From NCBI GenBank assembly GCA_002328585.1, contig DCUV01000060.1:72482-136481 (forward strand): a DNA stretch of 64,000 nucleotides. The letters run 5' to 3'. The stretch is from Spirochaetia bacterium UBA2205 (GTDB taxonomy: Bacteria > Spirochaetota > UBA4802 > UB4802). The notes beneath the pieces were generated by a model that did not search any database, was not told where the DNA came from, and was given only the letters and a program-made list of their open reading frames with translations. Below are positions 29,687 through 40,653 of this stretch, piece by piece; positions within the stretch are counted from its first letter, which is position 1; every line of letters starts with the position of its first letter. The position numbers were made by a program, and so were the translations under genes.

Positions 29687-30412
29687 ATGCGATTATTAAT
29701 TGTGATAATTTTAACACTTAGTAGTATTGCACCGGCATATGCTCAATATGATAAGGCTGTAAAGCACTTTGAGCAAGGTAATTATGATGCGTCGTTAGCC
29801 GAGATAGCTTCTAATCTTGATGTATCGCAAGATTTTGAACCAAATTCCCTCAATTATAATTTGCGTTATTTAGCTGGACATATTCATACAAAAAAAGGTA
29901 ACTATGAATCCGCTTTAGCACATTTAAAACGTTGTGCTGAAATTAAAAAAGATAGCATTGATCCAATTATTGATATTGCTTTTATATATATTGATCAAAA
30001 AAGTTTTACCGATGCTATTATGTGGGCAAGGAAAGCTATTCAAATAAAACAATCAGCCATAGCTTATTATATATTAGGATTATCGTTTTCAGGGATTCAA
30101 TCGTATTGGCAAGCAAAAGAGTATTTAGAAAAAGCTATTGCAATTGATCCTGAAATGTATTTTGCCTACAATGAATTAGGAAATGTATTAATGCGTCTGG
30201 GTAAATTAAGTCAGGCTCAAACTGCCTACTCTGCTGCGTATGCACTTTATCCCTCTTCAGCATATATATGTAATAATTTAGCACTGTGTTATGCTAAATC
30301 AGGAGATATCAAAAAAGCTAAAGAAATGATTGGTAAAGCACATACATTCGATGCATCAAATACAATCATAACGACAAATTACAATAGAATTATTAATGTA
30401 GCGAACAAATAA
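29687..30412 (+). CDS. Secreted TPR-repeat protein
   Basis: Signal peptide then about 5 TPR-like repeats (..YYILGLSFSGIQSYWQAKEYLEKAIAIDP..). Confidence 0.65.
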   Translation: MRLLIVIILTLSSIAPAYAQYDKAVKHFEQGNYDASLAEIASNLDVSQDFEPNSLNYNLRYLAGHIHTKKGNYESALAHLKRCAEIKKDSIDPIIDIAFIYIDQKSFTDAIMWARKAIQIKQSAIAYYILGLSFSGIQSYWQAKEYLEKAIAIDPEMYFAYNELGNVLMRLGKLSQAQTAYSAAYALYPSSAYICNNLALCYAKSGDIKKAKEMIGKAHTFDASNTIITTNYNRIINVANK

Positions 30413-30581
30413 TTTATGTTGCAAGTGTATTACGGTGTTTATCAAATGTAATTAATAACAGGTTAGGTACTTAAGTATTTTTTATATCGTATTTCTGATA
30501 GTGAATTAATAAATAACTATATTTATTTATATCCTGCTTTTTGTATCCAACCTATTATATAACAAAAAGAAAGAGCAATTA

Positions 30582-31361
30582 TTAGTTATAGAAAGCATAT
30601 CCAGCAGAAACATGAAAAAGTAAAGAATCAATAACAGCACTTTTTTTGTTATAAAAAATTTGATGAGTTTGTGGATTTTCTGCATTGGGGGTAGAAGAAA
30701 ATGTTATATTATTACGAATCCATTCCCCGCCAAGTTGTATAACAAGGCCACCACTAAAAAATATGCTTAACAGTAAATCAACACCATAGGTTAAGCTGGT
30801 AAATTGTTCTGAAGGTGGGCTGTCATAACCATCCAGTAGTTCTTTTGCTATAGGAGTGGGATTATATTGCGAAAATGCTATACCAATTAAAGGAGACAGG
30901 GCTATATCCCATGGTTTCCGAGATGTTATATGAAAAGACGGACCTAAATAGATAGAGTAATCACTATATAATGTTTTTTTCCATGATTTATAGTCAGAAC
31001 CAAAATTTGTGTTTTGTATTATTATAGACCTTCTTAATTTAGAACGGATACCTATGTAATCTTCAGGCATATATTCGCCAGAAATTGTTATTCCAAATGC
31101 CAGATGGGAAAGATAGATGAGCTTTGAAGTGTCTGGTGTAAGTTGATACGATGATTTTTTTGTGAATTTTTCTTCTGCTGATATAAGATTGCCATATGGC
31201 ATACCAATTGAAACAGCACCAAGTATAAGAAGCTGATCCTTATGCATTCCTTCGGGAGGTTTATCCAATTCATCAAATTCGGATGAAAATAAATTGGAAA
31301 ATGGTACAGCTATAAATAAAAAAAACAATGAATAAAAAAAAGTTATTAATAAATATTTCAT
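30582..31361 (-). CDS. Hypothetical secreted or outer-membrane protein (beta-rich, aromatic C-terminus)
   Basis: Signal peptide. Overlaps the upstream CsgG-like gene by 4 nt (ATGA). Confidence 0.4.
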   Translation of the reverse strand: MKYLLITFFYSLFFLFIAVPFSNLFSSEFDELDKPPEGMHKDQLLILGAVSIGMPYGNLISAEEKFTKKSSYQLTPDTSKLIYLSHLAFGITISGEYMPEDYIGIRSKLRRSIIIQNTNFGSDYKSWKKTLYSDYSIYLGPSFHITSRKPWDIALSPLIGIAFSQYNPTPIAKELLDGYDSPPSEQFTSLTYGVDLLLSIFFSGGLVIQLGGEWIRNNITFSSTPNAENPQTHQIFYNKKSAVIDSLLFHVSAGYAFYN

Positions 31362-31978
31362 TTATTTTTATCATTTTCCATAATGACTAGTATTTTTTTA
31401 ACCAGTTGCTTTGATAGATCATCATATTGTGAACTTTCAACTAATATATCATTGGTGTCCCAGATTAATGTAAGTCCACAACAGTATTGTGCTCTATAGC
31501 GCCAATCCCATGCTATGCCTGGTTCCTTACGCACTGTCAGAAGAATCTCGCCATTTTCAGTATTAATAGCTTTGAGAGTAAATGTATCAATACAGTTAGG
31601 TTCATATTTATTTTTACGATATGCATGGAGTGCTGTACCTCGACCGATTATTATTACATCAGCACCAAATAATTTTCCTAATTTTATAGCCTGTTTTTCG
31701 TCAATTAATCCGGAAGCCTGCAATTGCTGTTCCTGCAATATTTTTTCAATTGCTTCTCTTTCAATTGTTGCTACCTTGCCACTTTTAAAAAATTGATGGG
31801 AGATAGCATCGGCAAATTCATTGCCCCAATCAGCTCCGGTTATCTCAAAGGGTAAAACTGCAACACGCTTCATTCTTTTTTGAATGATCTGTTTATTGGT
31901 ATATGCTACATCTATGCTGGTACATGAAAATAAAGAAATTAAAAGTATTAAGCTAATAAATTGTAATTTTTTCATCAT
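31358..31978 (-). CDS. CsgG-family-like lipoprotein
   Basis: Lipobox LFSCTS. Segment VAVLPFE..G...E..IL.EQQLQASGLIDE..A.KLGKLFGADVIIIG matches the CsgG-family consensus. Confidence 0.5.
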   Translation of the reverse strand: MMKKLQFISLILLISLFSCTSIDVAYTNKQIIQKRMKRVAVLPFEITGADWGNEFADAISHQFFKSGKVATIEREAIEKILQEQQLQASGLIDEKQAIKLGKLFGADVIIIGRGTALHAYRKNKYEPNCIDTFTLKAINTENGEILLTVRKEPGIAWDWRYRAQYCCGLTLIWDTNDILVESSQYDDLSKQLVKKILVIMENDKNK

Positions 31979-32169
31979 AGAACCTTTTGAATTATTTAAA
32001 TAAATTTATAAATTATTTAATTATATCATTTGAATGTAAATTTTGGCAAATATTATTTTATCAGATTATTAATTATTAATATACAATTTACTTGATTCCT
32101 TTTTATTGTAAGATTCAGCATTAAAACCGATTATAATTATAATAGTATAATAAAAAATACAAATATGAA

Positions 32170-32940
32170 ATGGTTATGATAGATTTGAGTATTAAAATAA
32201 AATGCCATACTTTCAAATATATTAGTGTTGCAACCATTATAGGTCTTATAATTTTAATTTCGTCATGTACTAACAGGCAAATAACTAACAATTATAACAA
32301 TCCAGTAATATCTTTTTTTTCACATTATGTATGCGATATGCAAAATGCAACTAAAATTATTATCAAATATGAACTTATTTCCAATTTGACCCATCTGCTT
32401 ATAATGGATAATGGTGGGAATAAATATTACTTACTGGAACATGAACATATTACCGAAATGCTCAATAATGTTACCCATAAGCTTTATGATGATCTTATAA
32501 TTACTAATAATATCTATCAGGTTGTTTACTCCATGCAAAATAAAAATTATTATGGACGCAGAATATTTGATATATCACCTCTATTACAGCAATGTTTAAT
32601 GAAATGTAATTATAAGGATATATCTATCTATGAACCATCTGAATATCCTGTGATGTCAGGAAATTTTAACTTTTGTGTTGTTTATCCTATTACGTCTAAC
32701 GAAAGAAATAAAGGTTTTCTTATCGGATTTATTAATCAAATCAAGCTTTATGATGTTTTACCAGAAGATGCAATAATTGTGGATAAATACGGAATGGTTA
32801 TAATAAAACCTGAGAAGAGTATTGTAAACACTATACCCATACCTGATTTACAAAATAATTATGGTACATTTGAACAAAAGCAATATTCAATCATGGAGGT
32901 TAAATATAAAAATATTGAATGGTATTTGTTATCTCCTTAA
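32170..32940 (+). CDS. Hypothetical lipoprotein
   Basis: Signal/lipobox ILISSC. No recognisable domain. Confidence 0.35.
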   Translation: MVMIDLSIKIKCHTFKYISVATIIGLIILISSCTNRQITNNYNNPVISFFSHYVCDMQNATKIIIKYELISNLTHLLIMDNGGNKYYLLEHEHITEMLNNVTHKLYDDLIITNNIYQVVYSMQNKNYYGRRIFDISPLLQQCLMKCNYKDISIYEPSEYPVMSGNFNFCVVYPITSNERNKGFLIGFINQIKLYDVLPEDAIIVDKYGMVIIKPEKSIVNTIPIPDLQNNYGTFEQKQYSIMEVKYKNIEWYLLSP

Positions 32941-32943
32941 CGG

Positions 32944-34215
32944 TTATTGTATATTTTTTATAATATCCTTGATGGTATATATGTTTTCAGTATTATCGAT
33001 ATCAATATTTGCTTTAACCAGAGCTCTTGCAATGTTTATTAAACAATTATCGTTTAAGGTTTTAATATCATTCATTAACATCATATCAATAATACCAGGC
33101 AAAAGAAGATATGAGTTTTCTATATTAAGATATTCGTTTGCTTTAACACCCCTTTCTTCAGATATTAACATATCAAAATGAATGGCTGGATTAGACAATA
33201 CTAATTGTCCTTTCTGAAGCTTATAATAATCGATATTTTCACAAATATCTGATACAAACAAAAGTATATCTGCATTTTCAAAGACATTATCAGTGTTGGT
33301 TGCTATACCGCTTTCCTTTTCAAAATAGTAAAGGTTTTTTTCATTAGGATCAAAACCTAATACTTTGCTACACCCAATACTGTTTAACAATCGAGTACAT
33401 CGAAGTAAAGATGTTGTTACGCCAATGAATCCAACAACGGAATCTGATAATTTGATGTTATGCAACTTCAATAGATTCATTATTTTTACAGTAATATAAA
33501 GTGGTATCTCATCAAATTCTCTATTAATAATAGGGGGTGTTACCTCACTCATCTGATAGAATAATGATATATCTTCTATGTTATTCATAATGGCAACACG
33601 CATCAAGGCATAATTGCCTGAAACAGAGTAAAGTGTTTTTATAATATCTTCTTTTGATTTATATTTCAACAAAAGGGGTTGAGGATTATAATTATTGCAA
33701 TGGCTAATAATGAGTGAATCACGTTCGATCAGGAGATAATTATATATTTCATGTGGTTGGAATTCATTTTTTTCTTCATTTAGGATAATCATCCCAATAT
33801 TTTTTGATATACCTGTGTATCGATAGGTATCTTTTGTTATGGTGTTATCTTTAATCAACTCAAAATATCCCAGAACTTTGCCCTCAAATTCATCTGGAGT
33901 TTCAAATGGTATCTTGCTACAAACTTTAAGCAGTCCACCATCTATGCCTTGATTCATCATGTCACTGCATTCAATTAGTGTGCATTCTTTCGTTATCCAT
34001 TGTAATATTTTTTCTTTAAATAATCTTCTATCAGTATAAACAAGTTCTGCTTTATATATTTTATAGGTATGTTCAGATGATATATAATTAATGCTTTGAA
34101 TGGTACAATCTGTTTGGATGACTTTTTGAATAAATAATAAAAAATTTTTATCATCACATCGGAAGGTTAGAGTAATATATAATTTCATATTTCCTCCAAA
34201 AAAAGATGAAAACAA
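32944..34215 (-). CDS. Hypothetical protein with C-terminal malic-enzyme-like NAD(P)-binding domain (degenerate glycine loop) and an unknown N-terminal domain
   Basis: C-terminal region aligns by eye to the malic-enzyme NAD domain (..LVLSNPAIHFDM.., ..NSYLLLPGIIDMML..), but GxGxxG is replaced by GFIGVTTS. Confidence 0.35.
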   Translation of the reverse strand: MFSSFFGGNMKLYITLTFRCDDKNFLLFIQKVIQTDCTIQSINYISSEHTYKIYKAELVYTDRRLFKEKILQWITKECTLIECSDMMNQGIDGGLLKVCSKIPFETPDEFEGKVLGYFELIKDNTITKDTYRYTGISKNIGMIILNEEKNEFQPHEIYNYLLIERDSLIISHCNNYNPQPLLLKYKSKEDIIKTLYSVSGNYALMRVAIMNNIEDISLFYQMSEVTPPIINREFDEIPLYITVKIMNLLKLHNIKLSDSVVGFIGVTTSLLRCTRLLNSIGCSKVLGFDPNEKNLYYFEKESGIATNTDNVFENADILLFVSDICENIDYYKLQKGQLVLSNPAIHFDMLISEERGVKANEYLNIENSYLLLPGIIDMMLMNDIKTLNDNCLINIARALVKANIDIDNTENIYTIKDIIKNIQ

Positions 34216-34331
34216 TCACTATCATTGTTTTATCGGGAAAAAATTGCTAATAATAAACATTTATCTACTTTCAGTAAAGTCAAACTCTTCAAAGTATCCT
34301 TGTAAACGGGAATACATAACCACTCATATTT

Positions 34332-34913
34332 TTATAATACTGTAAGTATATATCGGGTTGTTTGTTCTACCTTTTTCATAATATCGGCATTTTCTATATC
34401 ATTTTTGCTATTTATATTTGGCAATAATAAGAAGTTGTCCTCATCATAGTGATACTGTAATGAATTGAAATAATGTCGTAATGTAATTTTTCCCGGCATA
34501 AACATATCATAATAATTTCCTCCACCAATTAATATAGCCATTGCATGTCGTTTTGTTTGTGATGGATTATTCTTATAGTATTCCCAGAAAACCTGGCAGC
34601 GGTCGATAATTGCTTTTAGAGGTGAAGGAAGATGCGAAAAATACAATGGTGATGCAACAATCAGGAATGTACTTTGTTTTATGGTAGCGTAAAGCATATC
34701 CATATCATCGTGGAAAATACAGCCAAATTCATTATGGCAAAATCCACAGTCTATACATGGATGTACATGTAGTTCATAGGCAAAATGTATTGTTTTTGTT
34801 ATGTTCGATAGTTCCTTAAAAAGTAATTGCAAAATTGCAACTGTATTTCCTTCTTTATGAGGACTTCCGCAAAGAACAACCACATCATAATTAGTCTTCT
34901 TTGATTCTTGCAA
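34332..34913 (-). CDS. Iron-sulfur flavoprotein / NADPH-dependent FMN reductase family protein
   Basis: Flavodoxin-like fold ([14 protein letters not shown]) plus Cys cluster [13 protein letters not shown]. Confidence 0.65.
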   Translation of the reverse strand: MQESKKTNYDVVVLCGSPHKEGNTVAILQLLFKELSNITKTIHFAYELHVHPCIDCGFCHNEFGCIFHDDMDMLYATIKQSTFLIVASPLYFSHLPSPLKAIIDRCQVFWEYYKNNPSQTKRHAMAILIGGGNYYDMFMPGKITLRHYFNSLQYHYDEDNFLLLPNINSKNDIENADIMKKVEQTTRYILTVL

Positions 34914-35892
34914 AGATCATTCTCCCTGCGGTTGTTTGGAGTACTGAAGTAACTATCACATCGACCGTTGAATTTAACCGTGATCTCCCATTTTCCACTA
35001 CTACCATAGTCCCATCATCAAGATATCCAATTGCTTGATTGGGGTCTTTCCCTTCTTTTATTAATGAAACAGACATCTCCTCGCCCGGTAGCACTATTGG
35101 TCTGAGAGCGTTTGAAAGCTGGTTAATATTTAAAACTTTAACGCCATGGAACTCAGCAACTTTGTTGAGATTAAAATCATTGGTGATAATTTTTGCAGTC
35201 ATAAGCTTGGCTAATTTAACCAATTTTGCATCAACTTCTGAAACTTCTGGAAAATCAACATCAGAAATTTTTACTAAAATTCTCTGATCCTTCTGCATTT
35301 TATTGAGTATGTCTAAACCTCGTCTTCCTCTATTACGCTTAATAGAATCAGATGAATCAGCTATCATTTGCAATTCATTCAATACAAAATTGGGAATCAC
35401 AAGAATACCTTCAATAAATCCAGTATCACAGATATCTGAAATACGACCATCTATAATAACGCTGGTATCAAGAATTTTATATGATGCTCCATCCCTTGCT
35501 TCATCACGTTTTACAGGAACTATCGCATCAAAAATTGCAATATCATCACAATTTATTATAAAAAATAATACCGATCCAAATCCTATAATGTGATAAATAA
35601 TGGCACTTATAATGTTTATTGTGTTTGATTGCATGGTAAGGGGTAATGATTTAAATGCTATCACTAAAAGATGTGCAAAGATGAGCCCTATAAAAATGCC
35701 AACCAGCGCTGCAATAACCATCCTTGTTGAGATAGTATGTGAAATATATTCTATTGCAATAATTAGTATAAGTGCTATAGCAGATGCAATCACAGCAGCT
35801 ATTATAGCTGATTGCACTGAAATCTGGTAAAAATATAAACCGGTAACAACAGCTGAAGTAATAATAAATAAGAAACGTATAATTGCTATCAT
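34891..35892 (-). CDS. YacL-like membrane-associated PIN/TRAM-domain protein
   Basis: N-terminal transmembrane helices, PIN domain ([12 protein letters not shown]..) and C-terminal TRAM-like beta-barrel. Confidence 0.7.
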   Translation of the reverse strand: MIAIIRFLFIITSAVVTGLYFYQISVQSAIIAAVIASAIALILIIAIEYISHTISTRMVIAALVGIFIGLIFAHLLVIAFKSLPLTMQSNTINIISAIIYHIIGFGSVLFFIINCDDIAIFDAIVPVKRDEARDGASYKILDTSVIIDGRISDICDTGFIEGILVIPNFVLNELQMIADSSDSIKRNRGRRGLDILNKMQKDQRILVKISDVDFPEVSEVDAKLVKLAKLMTAKIITNDFNLNKVAEFHGVKVLNINQLSNALRPIVLPGEEMSVSLIKEGKDPNQAIGYLDDGTMVVVENGRSRLNSTVDVIVTSVLQTTAGRMIFARIKED

Positions 35893-36017
35893 GGATGTAT
35901 TGACTCCTTTATATATATTAAAATAAAATTTTGATAAAAAAAACATAATGGAACCATAAAGTTAAATATTTAATAAATAAAGTGACTGATACAAAAATTA
36001 TAAACTGTAGTGAGCAA

Positions 36018-36497
36018 TTATGAGGAAAGTGCATCTGATACAATGTTGCCAGCTTCATCAACATCAATATCCTTTGCTAAAGCTATCTCATGTATCATGA
36101 GCTGATAAGCATTCTCGTAAAGCTTACGTTCCATTATAGAAAGCTCTTTATCTTTTCCACGTTTATATAGATCCCTGGCAACCTCAGCCACTGCAAATAT
36201 TGATCCACTTTTAATCTTATCAACATTGTTTTGATAACGAATTTTCCAGTCATCCTCGGTCTCAATGTCTGTTTGGCGTAACAGATTTAATACTTTTGTT
36301 ACATCCTTTTTTGGAATAACCTTCCTCAACCCTATGGACTCTGCCTTTGCGGTAGGAATCATAACCTTCATGCCACTGTTGATGATTGTTATAAGATAAA
36401 ATTCATTTCTTTTGTTTAATACTACCTTTTTTTCGATAGCGTTTATGATACCTACCCCATGTAAAGGATACACTATCTTATCACCTATTTTAAACAT
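36018..36497 (-). CDS. CarD/CdnL-family RNA-polymerase-binding transcription factor
   Basis: N-terminal CarD_TRCF RNAP-interacting domain (MFKIGDKIVYPLHGVGII..). Confidence 0.85.
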   Translation of the reverse strand: MFKIGDKIVYPLHGVGIINAIEKKVVLNKRNEFYLITIINSGMKVMIPTAKAESIGLRKVIPKKDVTKVLNLLRQTDIETEDDWKIRYQNNVDKIKSGSIFAVAEVARDLYKRGKDKELSIMERKLYENAYQLMIHEIALAKDIDVDEAGNIVSDALSS

Positions 36498-36655
36498 AGG
36501 ATACCCTCAAAATAAATTAACCCACATTAGATAACTTATAAATTAATAATTGTAGCACATAATTTTAATAAAATCAAGTAGAAAATTTTTTTTAAGAAAG
36601 TATTATAGGATAGTAATAAAGTTTGTTATTTTATCGTGAAACTTGATAATATCTA

Positions 36656-39058
36656 TTAATCCTCATTTTTCAAACCTTCTTTTTCCATATATTGTTCAAA
36701 AACAGATTTCATATTATAGTGTATTCCATTACAAATGCAACGAGGAGTTCCGCCAGGTATCATTAAATCACTGATTAATTCATGACAATTTGGACCAGGT
36801 GCACAGCCTGAATATTTACAGGTAGCACCATAAAAAACATCTTTTGGTTGAGCTGGCCATTGAGGATCCGGCATCCCATTGTAAACTTCTTTCATATAAA
36901 ATCCCCATATGGGCGCTGCTACTGCTGCACCAGCCTGATGTCGTCCCAATGACATAAAAGGTTTATCATATCCAACCCAAACAACTGTTGCGATATCAGG
37001 AGTAAAACCACAAAACCATGCATCTGTCCAGTTTTGCGTAGTGCCTGTTTTCCCTGCACATTTTTTGTCAAATTTTGCAATTAAACGCAAAGCCTCAGTA
37101 GGTGTACCACTTTCTGCAACAGTCTGCATTAATGATGTCATTATATAATTTACATTTTCAGGAATAATCTGAATTGAACCGTTTGCTTCTTTTGCTGCAA
37201 TTATATTGCCAACATCTTCTTCAATATTTTCTATTTCGTTGCCATCTCTATCGGTAATATAACGAATGGAAAATGGAATGACATCCCTCCCTCTGTTAGC
37301 ATAAATCGCATATCCTGTTGCCATTTCTAATGGTGTTAATTCTGAACTTCCTAAAGCTAATGATGGCCCGGGATGGAAGCGTGAAGGAGAAACCTTTAAT
37401 ATGCGCGATGCAAAATCTATGATAGTATCTGCACCTATGATATCATATATCCGTACTGAAATTACATTGATTGATGCGGCAAGAGCCCTCCTTAAATGAA
37501 CCATTCCCATAAATTCGCCTTCATAGTTATCCGGGCTCCAGGTGCTTCCCTGAGCATCAATATCAACAATAGGTGCATCTGGAAGAGCCATGGCTGTATT
37601 AATTAATTTTGACTCAATACCTGCACCATAAACAAATGGTTTAAATGCTGAACCAGGCTGACGGCGAGCCTGAGTTGATCTGTTATATTGATTGCTTACA
37701 GCAAATTCTGATCCACCCACCATTGTCGTTATATATCCAGTTTTAGGTTCAATAGCTATAAGAGCCCCTTCAACTTTTAATGAAGAAGAAATCCCACTGG
37801 TCACTATCATAAATTTTTCAATATCATTATGCATTGCATCAACATTGCATAATAACGCTAAAAGCTCCATTTCATTCAACAGATTATCAACCATATATTT
37901 TTTGAATATTGTTTCTGTATCACTTTTGACGATAATTCTGGGTAAATTAAAAAGAAGTCCTAACTGGTGGTATACAGAGAATAATCCTCTATCAACAGCT
38001 CCTGAAAGATATTGATTGGCACGAGCAGATATCTCATTTTGCTTGGTTAATCCTTCCACAAGATATTTTTCACCTGCTTGTTGTCGTTTCAAGTTTAATG
38101 TGGTATATACTTGTAATCCTTCATTATACACTACATCCTTTCCATATCGGGAAATAAGAATCTGACGCACGTAATCTGTAAAAAACGGGGCATTATCCAC
38201 GATTTTTGAATATGCGGTTTTAGTAGGAAATTCAGTTTTTATTGTATCAACAAAAATGGGCCAGAAAGATGTAAATACTTCTTTGGCTTTTTCATTAGTT
38301 AAATAGCCACAGTCAACCATTCTGTTTAGAATATCCCAATTTTTAATATAAGCATTACGGGTATTCATAAATGGGGAGTACCGACCAGGAGCTGAAGGTA
38401 ATGCAGCTAAAACACTTCCTTCGGCCAGGCTAAGAAATCTAACCTCTTTATTGAAGAAAAGCTCAGCAGCAGATGCAATCCCATAACATCCGTGTCCTAA
38501 ATAAATTTGGTTAAAGTACATTTCAAGAATTTCATCTTTGGTGAATTTCTTTTCAATTTGCAATGTTAAAACTAATTCTAATGCTTTGCGGGTAAATGTT
38601 CTTTCGCCTGATGTAAAAAGCCGTTTTGCCAATTGCTGGGTAATGGTTGAGCCGCCCTGTACAATTTTAAGAGAAATAATATTTTTAACCATTGCCCGTG
38701 TCATTGCCATCGGACTTATTCCTATATGCGAATAGAAGTCCTGATCCTCAGTTGCAACAAAAGCCCTTATCAATGTTTTTGGAAGTTCTTCAAATGATAC
38801 TAGATCACGTTTTTCTTGAAAAAGTTCGGCAATAAGTTCACCGTTAACATCATACAGTTTAGTAGGAACACTTGGCTGGAAACGCTTTAAATTATCTATA
38901 CCAAGACAATTTTGTACCTGAGCAACAATGTACCCAAAAAGCAAACCGCCAATGAGTGATACTATTATAATCCCGTAAAACCATGTGCGAGTGTCATGCA
39001 TGTATTTAATTATAAACTGCTTAAAACTGTTTAACCAGACTTTCAAACGCTCTTTCAC
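36656..39058 (-). CDS. Penicillin-binding protein 1A (bifunctional glycosyltransferase/transpeptidase)
   Basis: GT51 motifs (EDQDFYSHIGI, GGSTITQQLAK) and transpeptidase SxxK, SxN and KTG motifs. Confidence 0.9.
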   Translation of the reverse strand: MKERLKVWLNSFKQFIIKYMHDTRTWFYGIIIVSLIGGLLFGYIVAQVQNCLGIDNLKRFQPSVPTKLYDVNGELIAELFQEKRDLVSFEELPKTLIRAFVATEDQDFYSHIGISPMAMTRAMVKNIISLKIVQGGSTITQQLAKRLFTSGERTFTRKALELVLTLQIEKKFTKDEILEMYFNQIYLGHGCYGIASAAELFFNKEVRFLSLAEGSVLAALPSAPGRYSPFMNTRNAYIKNWDILNRMVDCGYLTNEKAKEVFTSFWPIFVDTIKTEFPTKTAYSKIVDNAPFFTDYVRQILISRYGKDVVYNEGLQVYTTLNLKRQQAGEKYLVEGLTKQNEISARANQYLSGAVDRGLFSVYHQLGLLFNLPRIIVKSDTETIFKKYMVDNLLNEMELLALLCNVDAMHNDIEKFMIVTSGISSSLKVEGALIAIEPKTGYITTMVGGSEFAVSNQYNRSTQARRQPGSAFKPFVYGAGIESKLINTAMALPDAPIVDIDAQGSTWSPDNYEGEFMGMVHLRRALAASINVISVRIYDIIGADTIIDFASRILKVSPSRFHPGPSLALGSSELTPLEMATGYAIYANRGRDVIPFSIRYITDRDGNEIENIEEDVGNIIAAKEANGSIQIIPENVNYIMTSLMQTVAESGTPTEALRLIAKFDKKCAGKTGTTQNWTDAWFCGFTPDIATVVWVGYDKPFMSLGRHQAGAAVAAPIWGFYMKEVYNGMPDPQWPAQPKDVFYGATCKYSGCAPGPNCHELISDLMIPGGTPRCICNGIHYNMKSVFEQYMEKEGLKNED

Positions 39059-39124
39059 GTTGTTCTGACCTCAAATATTTATTATAGCAATATGGCTTTC
39101 AATTGGATAGTGGTGTCAAGTTCT

Positions 39125-39334
39125 TTACCGAGAATGAGTTTTATATATCCGAACAATATAGCCAATAATTATTAATACTATCGCTACAGCTAAAACAACT
39201 GCTGCTCCATAAGCCAAAAAGCCTATTATAAAGCCTATTAATTTAAATAATAGCGGGATAATATAGCGAAAGGTTATATATACTACAGCGATTATTCCCG
39301 CTATTATTAATATATACTGTGCATACTTATTCAT
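39125..39334 (-). CDS. Small membrane protein (2 TM)
   Basis: 69 aa, highly hydrophobic. Confidence 0.35.
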   Translation of the reverse strand: MNKYAQYILIIAGIIAVVYITFRYIIPLLFKLIGFIIGFLAYGAAVVLAVAIVLIIIGYIVRIYKTHSR

Positions 39335-39354
39335 ATTGTGTATACTTTCAATAA

Positions 39355-40500
39355 CTATGGCCTTTCTTTTACCGTAACAAATAAGTAGATTTTTTGTTTA
39401 TTACGCCATACACCAACTTTTAAGGTTTTGCCAATAGGTGTCTTGTTGACAATTTCTATAAGATCTTCATACGATTTGATATTCTTATCATCAACTGATA
39501 TAATGACATCACCTGGTTGTATACCAGCTTTTTCAGCAGGGCTGTTTTCCATAATACCACCAACAAGAGCACCTTCAGTATTTTTAAGCCCCAATTCATT
39601 TGCATATTCTTCAGTCAATGGAACTATCTGTACGCCAATATAGCCGGTTTTAACTTTTTTATACTTCTTTAACTGCTCTAAAATAGCTTTAGCCGTATTA
39701 ATAGGGATTGCAAATCCAATCCCCATATAACCACCACTCTGGGAATAAATCATGCGGTTAATGCCTATAACCTCCCCATTAATATTAACCAGAGGCCCAC
39801 CAGAATTTCCGGGGTTAATTGCTGCATCAGTCTGTATATGCGACTGTGAACCACCCATCATATCTACATCCTTTCGGCTTGTAGCGCTGATAACTCCAAC
39901 AGTAAATGTACGATCCAATCCAAATGGATTTCCAATAGCAATTGCCCAATCTCCAACCTTTACTTGATCAGAGTCACCTAAAAAAACAGGTTCAAGCTTT
40001 TCGCCAGGATTTATTTTCAGTAATGCCAGATCTGTTCTCTGGTCATATCCAACAATTGTGGCTTTGTACTCTTTATTTTTAACCTTTACCTTTACTGAAT
40101 CAACATTTGCAATGACATGGTAGTTAGTACAGATATAACCATCGCTTGATAGAACAAAACCACTCCCCAATCCGGTACGTTTCTGTTTACGTGATTTTTG
40201 TTCGGGAATCCCAAAAAATTGGCGGAAAAAGGGATCATCAAAAAAAGGGTTTGGAGGCAACTCAACCACCTGTTCGGTTGTAATAAAAACTACCCTGTCT
40301 TTATATAATTCATAAATCTTTCTGAAAGTGTCCTGAATCTCAATAGCACGAGCTGTTTCCTGATCCCCCTTCAATGGGGAACTACTGTTGTTGCCAAATA
40401 CCGAAGGTTCGCTATTGGAACAGGAAAAGTTATTAAAAACAAAGAACACTACACCTATGAGAAGTATAATAGGAACTATCTGCAATATTTTCCTTTTCAT
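39355..40500 (-). CDS. HtrA/DegP-family periplasmic serine protease with one PDZ domain
   Basis: Catalytic triad context (..TNYHV.., D.., GNSGGPL) plus C-terminal PDZ. Confidence 0.9.
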   Translation of the reverse strand: MKRKILQIVPIILLIGVVFFVFNNFSCSNSEPSVFGNNSSSPLKGDQETARAIEIQDTFRKIYELYKDRVVFITTEQVVELPPNPFFDDPFFRQFFGIPEQKSRKQKRTGLGSGFVLSSDGYICTNYHVIANVDSVKVKVKNKEYKATIVGYDQRTDLALLKINPGEKLEPVFLGDSDQVKVGDWAIAIGNPFGLDRTFTVGVISATSRKDVDMMGGSQSHIQTDAAINPGNSGGPLVNINGEVIGINRMIYSQSGGYMGIGFAIPINTAKAILEQLKKYKKVKTGYIGVQIVPLTEEYANELGLKNTEGALVGGIMENSPAEKAGIQPGDVIISVDDKNIKSYEDLIEIVNKTPIGKTLKVGVWRNKQKIYLFVTVKERP

Positions 40501-40653
40501 TGTTATCTCCTAATTGCTATTAATTATTAAATCAGAAGTTATCATATAGTAGAGGCTACGTTTGTCCAATAATTTTATAATTGAGTAAAAAATTAATAAA
40601 AAATATACACCATAATAATATATATTATCATTGTCAATATATAATAGCAATAT

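Noticed and set aside
31487-31796. Plus-strand ORFs (61 and 93 aa) inside the CsgG-like gene, and 35039-35830 ORFs inside the PIN/TRAM gene
   Set aside because: They are antisense shadow ORFs with Cys/Ser-rich junk composition.
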